Source: Gemmatimonadota bacterium
GTDB lineage: Bacteria > Gemmatimonadota > Gemmatimonadetes > Gemmatimonadales > GWC2-71-9
Assembly (NCBI GenBank): GCA_025361465.1
Contig: JANYAG010000025.1
Span: forward strand, 1,820-65,819
Length of the DNA: 64,000 nucleotides
Reading direction: 5' to 3'
The notes beneath the pieces are model-generated. The model did not search any database. It saw nothing but the letters and a program-made list of their open reading frames with translations, and had not been told where the DNA came from. Numbering within the stretch: the first letter of the stretch is position 1; each line of letters opens with the position of its first letter. Both the position numbers and the translations under genes were made by a program. Shown piece by piece: positions 1 through 9,751 of the stretch.

Positions 1-1
1 G

Positions 2-67
2 GCGATCGATGGCCTAGGCACGTCCCAGCAGCGGGCCGTCGCCTGGGAAGCACGGCCGGGAGCCTGA
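2..67 (+). CDS. 3-prime end of a gene running off the window (possibly a fumarylacetoacetate-hydrolase-family tail)
   Basis: Open frame from the window edge to TGA at 65-67 (AIDGLGTSQQRAVAWEARPGA*), 3 nt before the GTG of the next gene. The IDGLG tail resembles FAH-family C-termini, but the fragment is too short to be sure. Confidence 0.25.
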   Translation, partial: AIDGLGTSQQRAVAWEARPGA

Positions 68-70
68 ACG

Positions 71-1673
<1,603 letters not shown>

Positions 1674-1726
1674 ACCTTGCTGGTGCAGGTCCCGACATCC
1701 TCATCCCCCAGCCGTCCGGAGTCCCG

Positions 1727-2995
1727 ATGACCGATCGTGGTGCCCCGCTCACTGAACGCCGCTATGCGGTGCCATTCGTCCTGGTCACCTCGCTCTTCTT
1801 TCTCTGGGCCATTGGCGTCAACCTCAACGACATCCTGATTCCGCACCTGAAGAAGGCGCTCGACCTGAGCGACTTCCAGTCGTCCTTGATTCAGACGTCC
1901 TTCTTCGGCGGCTACTTCCTGATGGCCCTGCCGGCCGGCTGGATTATGCGGCGGATCGGCTACCGGCGCGGCATCTTGGTCGGTCTGGGCGTCTGCGCCT
2001 TCGGCGTGCTGCTCTTCCAGCCGGCCGCCGCCTCGCGCTGGTATCCCTTCTTCCTGCTCGCCCTCTTCGTGATGGCGTGTGGACAGTGCGTCCTCGAGGT
2101 CGCGGCCAATCCATACGTCACCGTACTCGGCCCCGTGCCGTCCGCCGCACGCCGGCTCAACACCGCGCAGACCTTCAATGCGCTTGGCGCGATGCTCACC
2201 CCGATCCTCGGCGCCCGGTTCATTCTCTCCGGTGTCGAACACTCCAAGGCCGATCTGAACACGATGACCCCCGCCGCCATCGAGACCTGGCGCGCCACCG
2301 AGGCCGGCGGGGTGCGGCTCCCCTACCTGATCATCGCGCTCTTCTTCCTGGTGGTTGGCGTGATGATCGCCCTGGCCAAGCTCCCCGAGGTGCATGAACC
2401 GGGAACTGGCACTGGGCGAGGGTTACGCGGCGCCTGGCAGCACGCCCATCTGCGCCGGGGTGTGCTGGCCCAGTTCTGCTACGTCGGTGCCCAGATCGGG
2501 GTGGCGTCCTTTGTGATTCGCTTCGCGCAGCACGCCATTCCCGGGGTCCATGAACGCAGCGCCGCCTATTATCTGCAGTGGCATCAGGCCGGCTTCCTGA
2601 TCGGCCGGGTGGTTGGTTCGATGATGATGAAGCAGGTCCCCGCCCCGAGGATGCTGGCCGGCACCGCCGTGCTCGGCGTGTTGGCCGCCGCCTTTGCCGC
2701 CACCGGGTCGGGCACCGCCGCAGTCTGGATGGTGGTGCTGCTTGGTGCATTCCACGCCATCCAGTTCCCCACCATCTTCGCGCTCGCCATCGATGGCCTT
2801 GGCGAGGATACCAAGCTCGGCTCGTCCCTGGTGGTCATGAGCATCGTCGGGGGTGCGATCATCCCCGCCCTGATGGGCGCCGTGTCCGACGCGAACGGCA
2901 TCCAGTCCGCGTTCTGGATCCCGGTGGCCTGCTACCTGGTGGTGTTGCACTTTGCCGTGCGTGGCCATCGCCACACCCTCGCGGTGACGTCATGA
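1727..2995 (+). CDS. fucP: L-fucose:H+ symporter permease (MFS)
   Basis: ATG at 1727 (MTDRGAPL...). FFLWAIGVNLNDILIPHLKKAL matches the FucP signature region. About 12 hydrophobic segments. Confidence 0.9.
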   Translation: MTDRGAPLTERRYAVPFVLVTSLFFLWAIGVNLNDILIPHLKKALDLSDFQSSLIQTSFFGGYFLMALPAGWIMRRIGYRRGILVGLGVCAFGVLLFQPAAASRWYPFFLLALFVMACGQCVLEVAANPYVTVLGPVPSAARRLNTAQTFNALGAMLTPILGARFILSGVEHSKADLNTMTPAAIETWRATEAGGVRLPYLIIALFFLVVGVMIALAKLPEVHEPGTGTGRGLRGAWQHAHLRRGVLAQFCYVGAQIGVASFVIRFAQHAIPGVHERSAAYYLQWHQAGFLIGRVVGSMMMKQVPAPRMLAGTAVLGVLAAAFAATGSGTAAVWMVVLLGAFHAIQFPTIFALAIDGLGEDTKLGSSLVVMSIVGGAIIPALMGAVSDANGIQSAFWIPVACYLVVLHFAVRGHRHTLAVTS

Positions 2996-3336
2996 CGAAT
3001 CGTTCCTGCCTCGCCCTCGACTTGAAGGACGACCCGGCCCTGATTGCCGAGTACTGTCACCTGCATGACCAGATCTGGCCTGAGATCGCCACAAGCATTC
3101 GCGCGGCGGGCATCGTCGCGATGGAGATCTGGCGCACCGGCAACCGGCTTTTCATGGTGATGGAGACCAACGAGCACTTCGACGGAGCCGCCAAGGCCAT
3201 CGCGGACGCCACCAATCCCATGGTGCAGGAATGGGAACAGTTGATGTGGCGCTTCCAGCAGCCGCTGCCGTGGGCCGACCGGGGACAGAAGTGGGTGCCG
3301 ATGGAGAAGATCTTCGACTTGACCCGCCAGCCCTGA
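2992..3336 (+). CDS. RhaM/DUF718-family sugar mutarotase (L-rhamnose/L-fucose mutarotase-like)
   Basis: ATG at 2992 overlaps the fucP stop (ATGA). The 114 aa product (MTNRSCLALDLKDDPALIAEY..IWPE..MEIWR.GNRLFMVME) is typical of the family. Confidence 0.8.
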   Translation: MTNRSCLALDLKDDPALIAEYCHLHDQIWPEIATSIRAAGIVAMEIWRTGNRLFMVMETNEHFDGAAKAIADATNPMVQEWEQLMWRFQQPLPWADRGQKWVPMEKIFDLTRQP

Positions 3337-3343
3337 CCACCTG

Positions 3344-4099
3344 ATGCGCGTGGCACTCGCGGTCCCCTGTTACGTCGACCAGCTCCGCCCAGAAGCGGCG
3401 CGGGCCACGCTCGTGCTGCTCGAGCGCCTCGGCTGCAAGGTAAGTCTGGCGTTCGATGCCCCATGCTGCGGCCAGCCGATGAACAACGCCGGGGCGGTAG
3501 CCGATGCCCGCGCCGCCGCGACCAACTGGGCGGCCAGTGCCGGGGTCTTCGACGTCGTCGTGATGCCGTCCGGAAGCTGCACCCACCACGTCAGGCACCA
3601 CCTGCCTGGCCTGGTCGACAACGACCGGGGAAACCACGCCGCACAAGTCACCTTCGAACTCTGCGAATTCATCACCGGCCCGCTCGGAATGGCGCACCTC
3701 CCGGGTCGCTTTCCCCACCGTGTCGCCATGCACCTTGGCTGTCACGCCCAACGCGGCCTCAGGCTTGGTGGTTCGAGTGAGCTGCACCAGCCAGTGAGCG
3801 GCCCGATGCATTCGCTCCTCTGCGGACTCGAGGGCCTTACCTTGGTTCCGCTCGACCGCGTCGATGAGTGTTGCGGTTTCGGTGGGTCGTTCGCGGTCGG
3901 TGAGCCCGAGCTGTCGGTGGCGATGGGACGTTCGCGGCTCGCCGATTACACCTCGCACCAGGCCGAGGTGTTGGTCAGCAGTGACCCCTCGTGCCTGCTT
4001 CACCTCGAGGGTGTCGCTCGATCCCCCCTCGTCCTGAGCGCAGCGAAGGACCTCCGCACCATGCACATCGCGGAGCTCCTTGAGGAGGCGACCCGATGA
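3344..4099 (+). CDS. lutA: Lactate utilization protein A (Fe-S oxidoreductase, CCG domains)
   Basis: 251 aa. MRVALAVPCYVDQLRPE..CCGQP and a second ..CCGFGG motif. Followed by lutB and lutC with ATGA overlaps. Confidence 0.85.
   Translation: MRVALAVPCYVDQLRPEAARATLVLLERLGCKVSLAFDAPCCGQPMNNAGAVADARAAATNWAASAGVFDVVVMPSGSCTHHVRHHLPGLVDNDRGNHAAQVTFELCEFITGPLGMAHLPGRFPHRVAMHLGCHAQRGLRLGGSSELHQPVSGPMHSLLCGLEGLTLVPLDRVDECCGFGGSFAVGEPELSVAMGRSRLADYTSHQAEVLVSSDPSCLLHLEGVARSPLVLSAAKDLRTMHIAELLEEATR
4027..4054. repeat. Half-copy of the REP-like palindromic element, in frame inside lutA
   Basis: 28 nt CCTCGTCCTGAGCGCAGCGAAGGACCTC, identical to the left arm at 6813-6840. Translated as PLVLSAAKDL in lutA. 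Confidence 0.8.
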
Positions 4100-5469
4100 G
4101 CGCCGGCCATCCCGAGGCCGCCGCCGCGTTCCTGAACGACAGCGAGCGTGCCGCCTGGCACGACCAGGCACTCTGGTTCGTGCGCCAGCGACGCGACCGC
4201 GCCACCGACCTTCCCGAGTGGGAGGCACTGCGCGATCGGGCCGCCGAGCTGAAAGCCTACGCGATGGCCAATCTGGCCGGATTATTGGAAGCTTTCGAGA
4301 CACGCGCCACGGCCTCGGGGGTCACGGTGCACTGGGCCCGCGACGCCAAGGAGCACAACCGGATTGTCTTCGACCTCCTGCGCCAGCGGTCGGCCACCCG
4401 CGTGGCCAAGAGCAAGTCGATGCTTACCGAGGAGTGCCAACTCAATCCGTATCTCGCCGCCCGTGGTATCGAGGTGGTCGACACGGACCTTGGTGAGCGC
4501 ATTGTGCAGCTCGCCGGGGAAGCGCCAAGTCACATCGTTCTCCCGGCCATACACTGGAAGAAGGAAGAGGTTGGCACGCTCTTCCACACCCACTTCGGCA
4601 CCCCCGCGGACGAGTCGTCTCCTGACGCGCTGGCCGCCGCCGCCCGCGAGCATCTTCGTGAGGTGCTGCTGCATGCCGACGCCGCGATCACCGGTGCCAA
4701 CGCGATGGTGGCCGGGACGGGCGGTGTGGTGATCTGCACCAACGAGGGCAACGCCGACCTCGGCATGCACTCCGCGCCGATCCACATTGTTTCGGTCGGT
4801 ATCGAGAAGATCGTTGCCACGCTCGACGATCTCGGCGTGCTGCTGCGAGTCCTCGCCAGGAGTGCCACCGGCCAGCCGATCACCGCGTACACCACCCACA
4901 TCACCGCGCCTCGGCCCGGGGCCGAGATGCACGTCGTGCTGGTGGACAACGGCCGCTCGGCCCGTCTCGCTGATCCCGAGTTCCGCAGCGCGTTGCATTG
5001 CATTCGTTGCGGCGCCTGCCTCAACACCTGCCCGGTCTATCGTCGCAGTGGCGGCCACAGCTATCAGTACTCCATCGCCGGACCCATTGGCGCCATCCTT
5101 GCGCCCGCGGTGGACCTGGACGCCCACCGCGCGTTGCCGTTCGCGTCAACGTTGTGCGGCTCGTGCAAGGATGTCTGTCCGGTGCGCATCGACATCCCGG
5201 TGCAGCTGCTGGCGTGGCGCGGGCGGATTGCCTCAGCCAACGCGCTCCCGAAGGGATACGCGGCCATCTTCGCTCGTCTGGGCGGCATCGTCGCTGATCG
5301 CACCCGTTTCGAGTCGGCTGGTCGTTGGGCGCGACGCGCACTCCGCTTCCTTCCCCCGGCCCTCCTGGCCGGTCGCTGGAACCCGTGGACACGCGCCGGC
5401 CGCGAGCTGCCGCTGGCGCCGGCTCAGTCGTTCCGCGAGTGGGCGCGCCGCGAGGGAAGGGTCGAATGA
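4096..5469 (+). CDS. lutB: Lactate utilization protein B (4Fe-4S binding)
   Basis: 457 aa. CIRCGACLNTCPVY and CGSCKDVCPV ferredoxin-type motifs. LutB/YkgF-like length and position. Confidence 0.9.
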   Translation: MSAGHPEAAAAFLNDSERAAWHDQALWFVRQRRDRATDLPEWEALRDRAAELKAYAMANLAGLLEAFETRATASGVTVHWARDAKEHNRIVFDLLRQRSATRVAKSKSMLTEECQLNPYLAARGIEVVDTDLGERIVQLAGEAPSHIVLPAIHWKKEEVGTLFHTHFGTPADESSPDALAAAAREHLREVLLHADAAITGANAMVAGTGGVVICTNEGNADLGMHSAPIHIVSVGIEKIVATLDDLGVLLRVLARSATGQPITAYTTHITAPRPGAEMHVVLVDNGRSARLADPEFRSALHCIRCGACLNTCPVYRRSGGHSYQYSIAGPIGAILAPAVDLDAHRALPFASTLCGSCKDVCPVRIDIPVQLLAWRGRIASANALPKGYAAIFARLGGIVADRTRFESAGRWARRALRFLPPALLAGRWNPWTRAGRELPLAPAQSFREWARREGRVE

Positions 5470-5966
5470 TCGCGCGCGCCGAGATTCTCGCCGCCATTCG
5501 TGCCGCCGAGGTGCCGCCGGCGCCTACCCCCGCACCAGTGCCTGATGCGGCCGACGCAGCCGACCTCCTCCAGCAGTTCCGGAGCACGCTTGAGAGCGTG
5601 GGTGGCGCGAGTGCCGTTTGCGAGCCGATGCAGGTGTTCGAAGAGGTGGTCTACACGCTGCTCGGTCCCGGTCGGCACGCGGTGGTCGTGTTGCCGGGTC
5701 GATTTGCGGTGGCCGAGAATGGTGCGGTGTATGTCGACGCAGACGACCTCACCAACCGCGCCGATGTGGTACTGGCTACCGAGTTGGTGCTGGTTGTACC
5801 GACCGGTGCGATTGTCGCCACAATGCACGAGGCGGTCCGACGGCTCCCGGCCGGATCTCGTTGTGGCTGGTTCTTGAGCGGGCCGTCAAAGACCGCCGAC
5901 ATAGAACAGGCGCTCGTGATCGGCGCCCAAGGCGCCAAGACACTTCTCGTCGTCTTCCGAGACTGA
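5466..5966 (+). CDS. lutC: Lactate utilization protein C
   Basis: ATG at 5466 overlaps the lutB stop (ATGA). The 166 aa product (MIARAEILAAIRAAE...) has LutC/YkgG-like size and context. Confidence 0.75.
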   Translation: MIARAEILAAIRAAEVPPAPTPAPVPDAADAADLLQQFRSTLESVGGASAVCEPMQVFEEVVYTLLGPGRHAVVVLPGRFAVAENGAVYVDADDLTNRADVVLATELVLVVPTGAIVATMHEAVRRLPAGSRCGWFLSGPSKTADIEQALVIGAQGAKTLLVVFRD

Positions 5967-5973
5967 ACACGCG

Positions 5974-6822
5974 GTGATCATCGACCTGGTTTCGCCGTGG
6001 GCGGCGGCCGTTGATGCTCCGCAAGCGCAGTCGGCCTGGTGTGCGCGCCATGCAGCCCTGCTCGAGGCCCTGCGTCGCCAGCGCGCACCTCACGCGAGCG
6101 CCTTTCCCCTCGCCACCGACCGCGCGGAACTCCACCGACTGGCCCTTCGCGCGAGTGATCCCGAACGGCAACAACTGCTGCGCGAGAATGTGAGTGAGTC
6201 CTACGGGTTGGGTGTTGACACCGCCGCGAGCGTGCTGCTGTTCGCTGGGGACGATGCCGGCGACGGCGTGGAGCCCCTTCCGGGAACAGCGGCGAAGGTG
6301 GTGCTCTTTCTCGAGCGCTGCCCCGACGACACCGACTTGGTGGTCGCGCTTGCGCGCGGCCTGGTCGCCGTCACCCGGTGGAGCAGCCGGGATTCCTTGA
6401 GCGCGATTCGTGCACCCAACGCCGGTGAATGGGATCGCTGGCAATCAGCCAGGGACATTCCCCTCAGCGAATGGCTCTACACCGAGGGGTTGGGCCTTCA
6501 CCTGGCGCAGCGACTGCTCCCCGACGTCCCAGCCCAACGACTTCTCGGCATCTCGACTGGCGCCGTGCACCGGCTCCGCGACCGCGAGCACACCCTGCGC
6601 GCCCTGCTCGACGCCGATATCGACCAGTCCGGAATCGGTCTGGTGCTGCGCTGGCTCACCCCCGACACCCCGGCTTCCACTCGAACAACGGGCACCACCG
6701 TCCTTCCGGCCGGAGCCGGGCACTATCTGGCGTGGCGCATGGTGGCGGAACGGGTCGAGCGGGTGGGGATCGGTGAAGCAGTGCGGATGGCGGCGGAGGA
6801 TCCGCGAACCTCCTCGTCCTGA
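5974..6822 (+). CDS. Hypothetical protein
   Basis: 282 aa ORF with high third-position GC, 8 nt after lutC. No family recognised. Its TGA stop lies inside the REP-like element. Confidence 0.5.
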   Translation: MIIDLVSPWAAAVDAPQAQSAWCARHAALLEALRRQRAPHASAFPLATDRAELHRLALRASDPERQQLLRENVSESYGLGVDTAASVLLFAGDDAGDGVEPLPGTAAKVVLFLERCPDDTDLVVALARGLVAVTRWSSRDSLSAIRAPNAGEWDRWQSARDIPLSEWLYTEGLGLHLAQRLLPDVPAQRLLGISTGAVHRLRDREHTLRALLDADIDQSGIGLVLRWLTPDTPASTRTTGTTVLPAGAGHYLAWRMVAERVERVGIGEAVRMAAEDPRTSSS

Positions 6823-6900
6823 GCGCAGCGAAGGACCTCGGCTTCGGCGCCGAGATCCTTCGACTTCGCAGCCCTGCGGGCTGCTCCGCGCAGGATGAGG
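6812..6900. repeat. REP-like imperfect palindromic element (full copy)
   Basis: Left arm CTCGTCCTGAGCGCAGCGAAGGACCTCGG, loop, right arm CCGAGATCCTTCGACTTCGCAGCCCTGCGGGCTGCTCCGCGCAGGATGAGG. The right arm carries an internal hairpin GCAGCCC-TGC-GGGCTGC. Confidence 0.8.
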
Positions 6901-6906
6901 CCAGCA

Positions 6907-7140
6907 TCACTCCGGCGGCGGATCTCCCTTGTGCGTCCCGTCGCACACCGGCCACTTGGCCGACTTGCCGCAACCACACAACGACACGCGCTTGGGGTTC
7001 TTCCGCTCAGGCAACGGGTAGGCGTTGCCGTTGGCGTCGCGCACAATCCACTCGCCTTCGACGACGTATGGTCCGCGCGCGGGATCGCTCACCTTGATGG
7101 TGACCGTGGTCAGTTGGGTCGGCACGGTTTCGTCGGTCAT
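6907..7140 (-). CDS. CDGSH-type iron-sulfur domain protein
   Basis: ATG at 7140 (MTDETVPTQ...), 77 aa. CGCGKSAKWPVCDGTH fits C-x-C-x2-S-x3-P-x-C-D-G-T-H. The start overlaps the yidC stop (ATGA). Confidence 0.8.
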   Translation of the reverse strand: MTDETVPTQLTTVTIKVSDPARGPYVVEGEWIVRDANGNAYPLPERKNPKRVSLCGCGKSAKWPVCDGTHKGDPPPE

Positions 7141-8861
7141 CGTGTTTTCTTCGTCCCCCCCACCACCCGCCCCGTCTTCGCGTCCATGATCCGCTTCCGC
7201 TCCTTCATGATCATCCACTGCTGCGGCAACGAGGCAATGTTCTGCACCGCGTAGTAGAGATTGAGTCCTGACGCGAAGCGCGCGAAGAGCACCAGCATCA
7301 TCACCGGCATCATGTACATCATCATCTTCGCCTGCGGATTGGGCGGCATCCCCATCTGCCCGATCTTCGACAGCACATACATCGAGCCGGCCATGACCAG
7401 CGGCACGATATAGAACGGATCGGGGCGCGACAGGTCGGTGAGCCACAGGAACGGCACCCCGCGCACCTCAATCGTGCTGGCCAGGACGAAATACACCGCC
7501 ACCAGCAACGGATACGGGATCAGCATCGGCCAGCAGCCGCTGAGCGGGTTGACCTTGTTCTCGCGGTAGATGACCAGCGTTTCCTGCTGCAGCCGCGCCG
7601 GATCGTCCTTGTAGCGCGTCTGCAGCGCCGTGATCTGCGGCTGGATCGCCTGCATCGAGGCCATCGAGCGGTACGCCTTGGAGTTGAGCGGCCACAGCAC
7701 CACCCGCATCAAGATGCCGAACAGCACAATGACCAGGCCGTAGCCGAGGCCGAGATGGTGCATCCAGACGAAGAGGGCGCGCAGCATGACCGCCAGGGGG
7801 CGGATCACCGGGCGGAGCCAGGCCCAGCCGTAGGGGTTCACATCGTCGAAATCGCGCCCTGCTGCCTTGAGCCGGTCGTACTCCATCGGCCCGACGTACA
7901 GGGCCCAGTGGAAGGTGCCGGCCGCCGGCACCGTCAACGAAGCCGCGGTTTCGGCCCGCACCGGGGTCTTGAAGGTGTCGGGCACCGTGGCCACGACACC
8001 GCCGATCCGGCCGGTGATGTTGTTGACCGACAGCGAGTCATAGGCGAAGAGACCGACCACGAAATACTTCGACTTGAGCGCGACCCATTCGAACGGACCT
8101 TCGATCGGAGTCGTCGACATCGGCTTCAGTTGGCTGAACCGCGTCAACCGCGACTTGTCGGACTTGGTGACGATGCCGCTCTCACGCAGGTTGTCGGCCG
8201 GATTCGCCTCGGTCATGCGGAGGCTGCCGCCCATCCCGATCAGTAGCGTGCCACCCGCAGTCCCGAGCCCTGAGACGCTCCCGTCTACGGTGATGCGATA
8301 GTCGTCAGGCATGAAGTGGTAGGCCAGCGACACCTCATGGCCGGCCGCATTGCCGCTCAGTGTAACGCTTGCCGGCGCATTCCCCACCGTGACCGAATCG
8401 GTGCTGGCGGTGAAGGCGACGCGATCAAGTCGCACGGTGTCGTTGCCCACCAGGAGGCGTGTGCCGAGCAGGGCATCCCCGCTGCGGATCAACTCCAGGG
8501 TGTCACGCTTGCCAGCGGGCGTGGTGTCGCCAGCCACCATCGAGGTGTACCGCAGGAATCGACTCGACACGATCCGCGCGCCATACGTCGAGATCGCGTA
8601 ACGGTACAACCCGCTGCGCACCACCACCGTCTTCTCGGGTGGCAGGGTGGTGTCGAATGAACCCGGAAATGCGCGCAGCGATGGCGGTGCCTGCACGCCG
8701 GTCGCACCCGAATCCTGGCCCGGCTGCTGCGGCTGCGCGGCGGTCACGGCGGCGGCGGCCGACGGTCCCGGCGCGGGCTTCTTCATCAGGATCCCGGGGA
8801 CGATCGCGATCAGCAGAATCAGCGCGACCGCGAACAATGGCCTGCGATCGTTCACGAGCAA
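7137..8861 (-). CDS. yidC: Membrane protein insertase YidC
   Basis: 574 aa. N-terminal TM, large periplasmic domain, C-terminal multi-TM core (..WPLNSKAYRSMASMQAIQPQ..). Canonical position after rnpA and yidD. Confidence 0.9.
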   Translation of the reverse strand: MLVNDRRPLFAVALILLIAIVPGILMKKPAPGPSAAAAVTAAQPQQPGQDSGATGVQAPPSLRAFPGSFDTTLPPEKTVVVRSGLYRYAISTYGARIVSSRFLRYTSMVAGDTTPAGKRDTLELIRSGDALLGTRLLVGNDTVRLDRVAFTASTDSVTVGNAPASVTLSGNAAGHEVSLAYHFMPDDYRITVDGSVSGLGTAGGTLLIGMGGSLRMTEANPADNLRESGIVTKSDKSRLTRFSQLKPMSTTPIEGPFEWVALKSKYFVVGLFAYDSLSVNNITGRIGGVVATVPDTFKTPVRAETAASLTVPAAGTFHWALYVGPMEYDRLKAAGRDFDDVNPYGWAWLRPVIRPLAVMLRALFVWMHHLGLGYGLVIVLFGILMRVVLWPLNSKAYRSMASMQAIQPQITALQTRYKDDPARLQQETLVIYRENKVNPLSGCWPMLIPYPLLVAVYFVLASTIEVRGVPFLWLTDLSRPDPFYIVPLVMAGSMYVLSKIGQMGMPPNPQAKMMMYMMPVMMLVLFARFASGLNLYYAVQNIASLPQQWMIMKERKRIMDAKTGRVVGGTKKTR

Positions 8862-8870
8862 CTCATCGGG

Positions 8871-9101
8871 TCAGGGGACAGGATCGTGGCCGCCAGGGTG
8901 CCAAGGGTGACACCGAGCCAACCGCCTGAGGCCAAGCCAGGTGCCCTTGAGGGCGCCGTGGCGCTGGATTGCTTCCAAAGTGTACTGCGAGCAGGTCGGG
9001 TAGAACCGGCACGCCGGGGGAAACGCCGGGGAAATGAAGCGCTGGTAGCCCCGAACCACGAGGGCCAGGGTACGGGCGACGGGAGAACGGCCAAGCTCCA
9101 C
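8871..9101 (-). CDS. yidD: Membrane protein insertion efficiency factor YidD
   Basis: [28 protein letters not shown]...RL.RCHPW motif. A GTG at 9101 lies 4 nt after the rnpA stop. The track start at 9170 would overlap rnpA by 65 nt. Confidence 0.8.
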   Translation of the reverse strand: MELGRSPVARTLALVVRGYQRFISPAFPPACRFYPTCSQYTLEAIQRHGALKGTWLGLRRLARCHPWHPGGHDPVP

Positions 9102-9105
9102 TGGC

Positions 9106-9390
9106 TCATGCCCCGACGGCCTCGCACCAGGCGAGGAGGTCGCTCCGCAGGGTGTCAAACGATGCGCCATAGGCGTCGGGACGGGGCCGGATCACCACGT
9201 CCCAGGCAGGGACTCGTCCCTGAAACTCGCGCCGCCAAAGATCCCGGAGCTGACGCCGTAAACGATTGCGGGCCACCGCGTTATGCTGGAACCGGGGTAC
9301 GATCAGTCCCATGCGCAGGTGGCCCGTTTCGCCGGCTGTCCAAGAAATGTCGAGGTGCCCTCGGCGAGTGCGACGGCCGGTCGCGAGCAC
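9106..9390 (-). CDS. rnpA: Ribonuclease P protein component (minimal extent from first canonical start; probably extends to about 9453)
   Basis: [25 protein letters not shown] matches the RnpA RNR motif region. The conserved N-terminal FPRSCRL motif is encoded upstream of the GTG at 9390 (see finding). Confidence 0.85.
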   Translation of the reverse strand: MLATGRRTRRGHLDISWTAGETGHLRMGLIVPRFQHNAVARNRLRRQLRDLWRREFQGRVPAWDVVIRPRPDAYGASFDTLRSDLLAWCEAVGA

Positions 9391-9449
9391 TCGGCGTAAA
9401 TCAGTTCCGCGAACCAGCCGGCACGAGCGCGGAAAGCGCTCGTCGCCGG

Positions 9450-9611
9450 TCAGACGGTGGCGTGCTTCGTGCCGATGGAAACGGTCAGCCGCTTCCGCCC
9501 CTTCTTGCGGCGGCGCGACAGGACTGCCCGACCCCAGCGGTCGGCCATCCGGGCCCGGAATCCGTGTTTGGCGATACGGCGCTTGTTGCGCGGTCGATAC
9601 GTCGGCATCAT
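9450..9611 (-). CDS. rpmH: 50S ribosomal protein L34
   Basis: Internal ATG at 9611 gives [44 protein letters not shown], the L34 signature. The track's upstream extension is spurious. Confidence 0.9.
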   Translation of the reverse strand: MMPTYRPRNKRRIAKHGFRARMADRWGRAVLSRRRKKGRKRLTVSIGTKHATV

Positions 9612-9673
9612 GGCAAAACTCTCCCTGAAATCAAGCCGTCTAACGTACCGTCCCGGGGGGTTTGGGGCAAGGT

Positions 9674-9702
9674 TTGACTTTTCCACATCCAAGCCGTAAA
9701 CT
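9674..9702 (+). promoter_or_regulatory. Sigma70-like dnaA promoter candidate (TTGACT-17 nt-TAAACT)
   Basis: TTGACT at 9674-9679, a 17-nt spacer, TAAACT at 9697-9702, 50 nt upstream of the dnaA ATG. Confidence 0.5.
9679..9687 (+). promoter_or_regulatory. DnaA box (TTTTCCACA) inside the dnaA promoter spacer
   Basis: One mismatch from TTATCCACA; fits TTWTNCACA. Overlaps the -35/spacer of the candidate promoter. Confidence 0.55.
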
Positions 9703-9751
9703 CGGCGTCCCGATAGACACCGCCTCACCCGCAGCCTGTGACCGACGCCAA

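Noticed and set aside
9662-9751. Upstream extension of dnaA (track start 9662) and of the M28 peptidase (track start 12502).
   Set aside because: The dnaA extension would cover its own promoter and DnaA box. The peptidase extension reads through the REP-like element (..SLILSEAKDL..). Better starts exist at 9752 and 12634, the latter giving a signal peptide.
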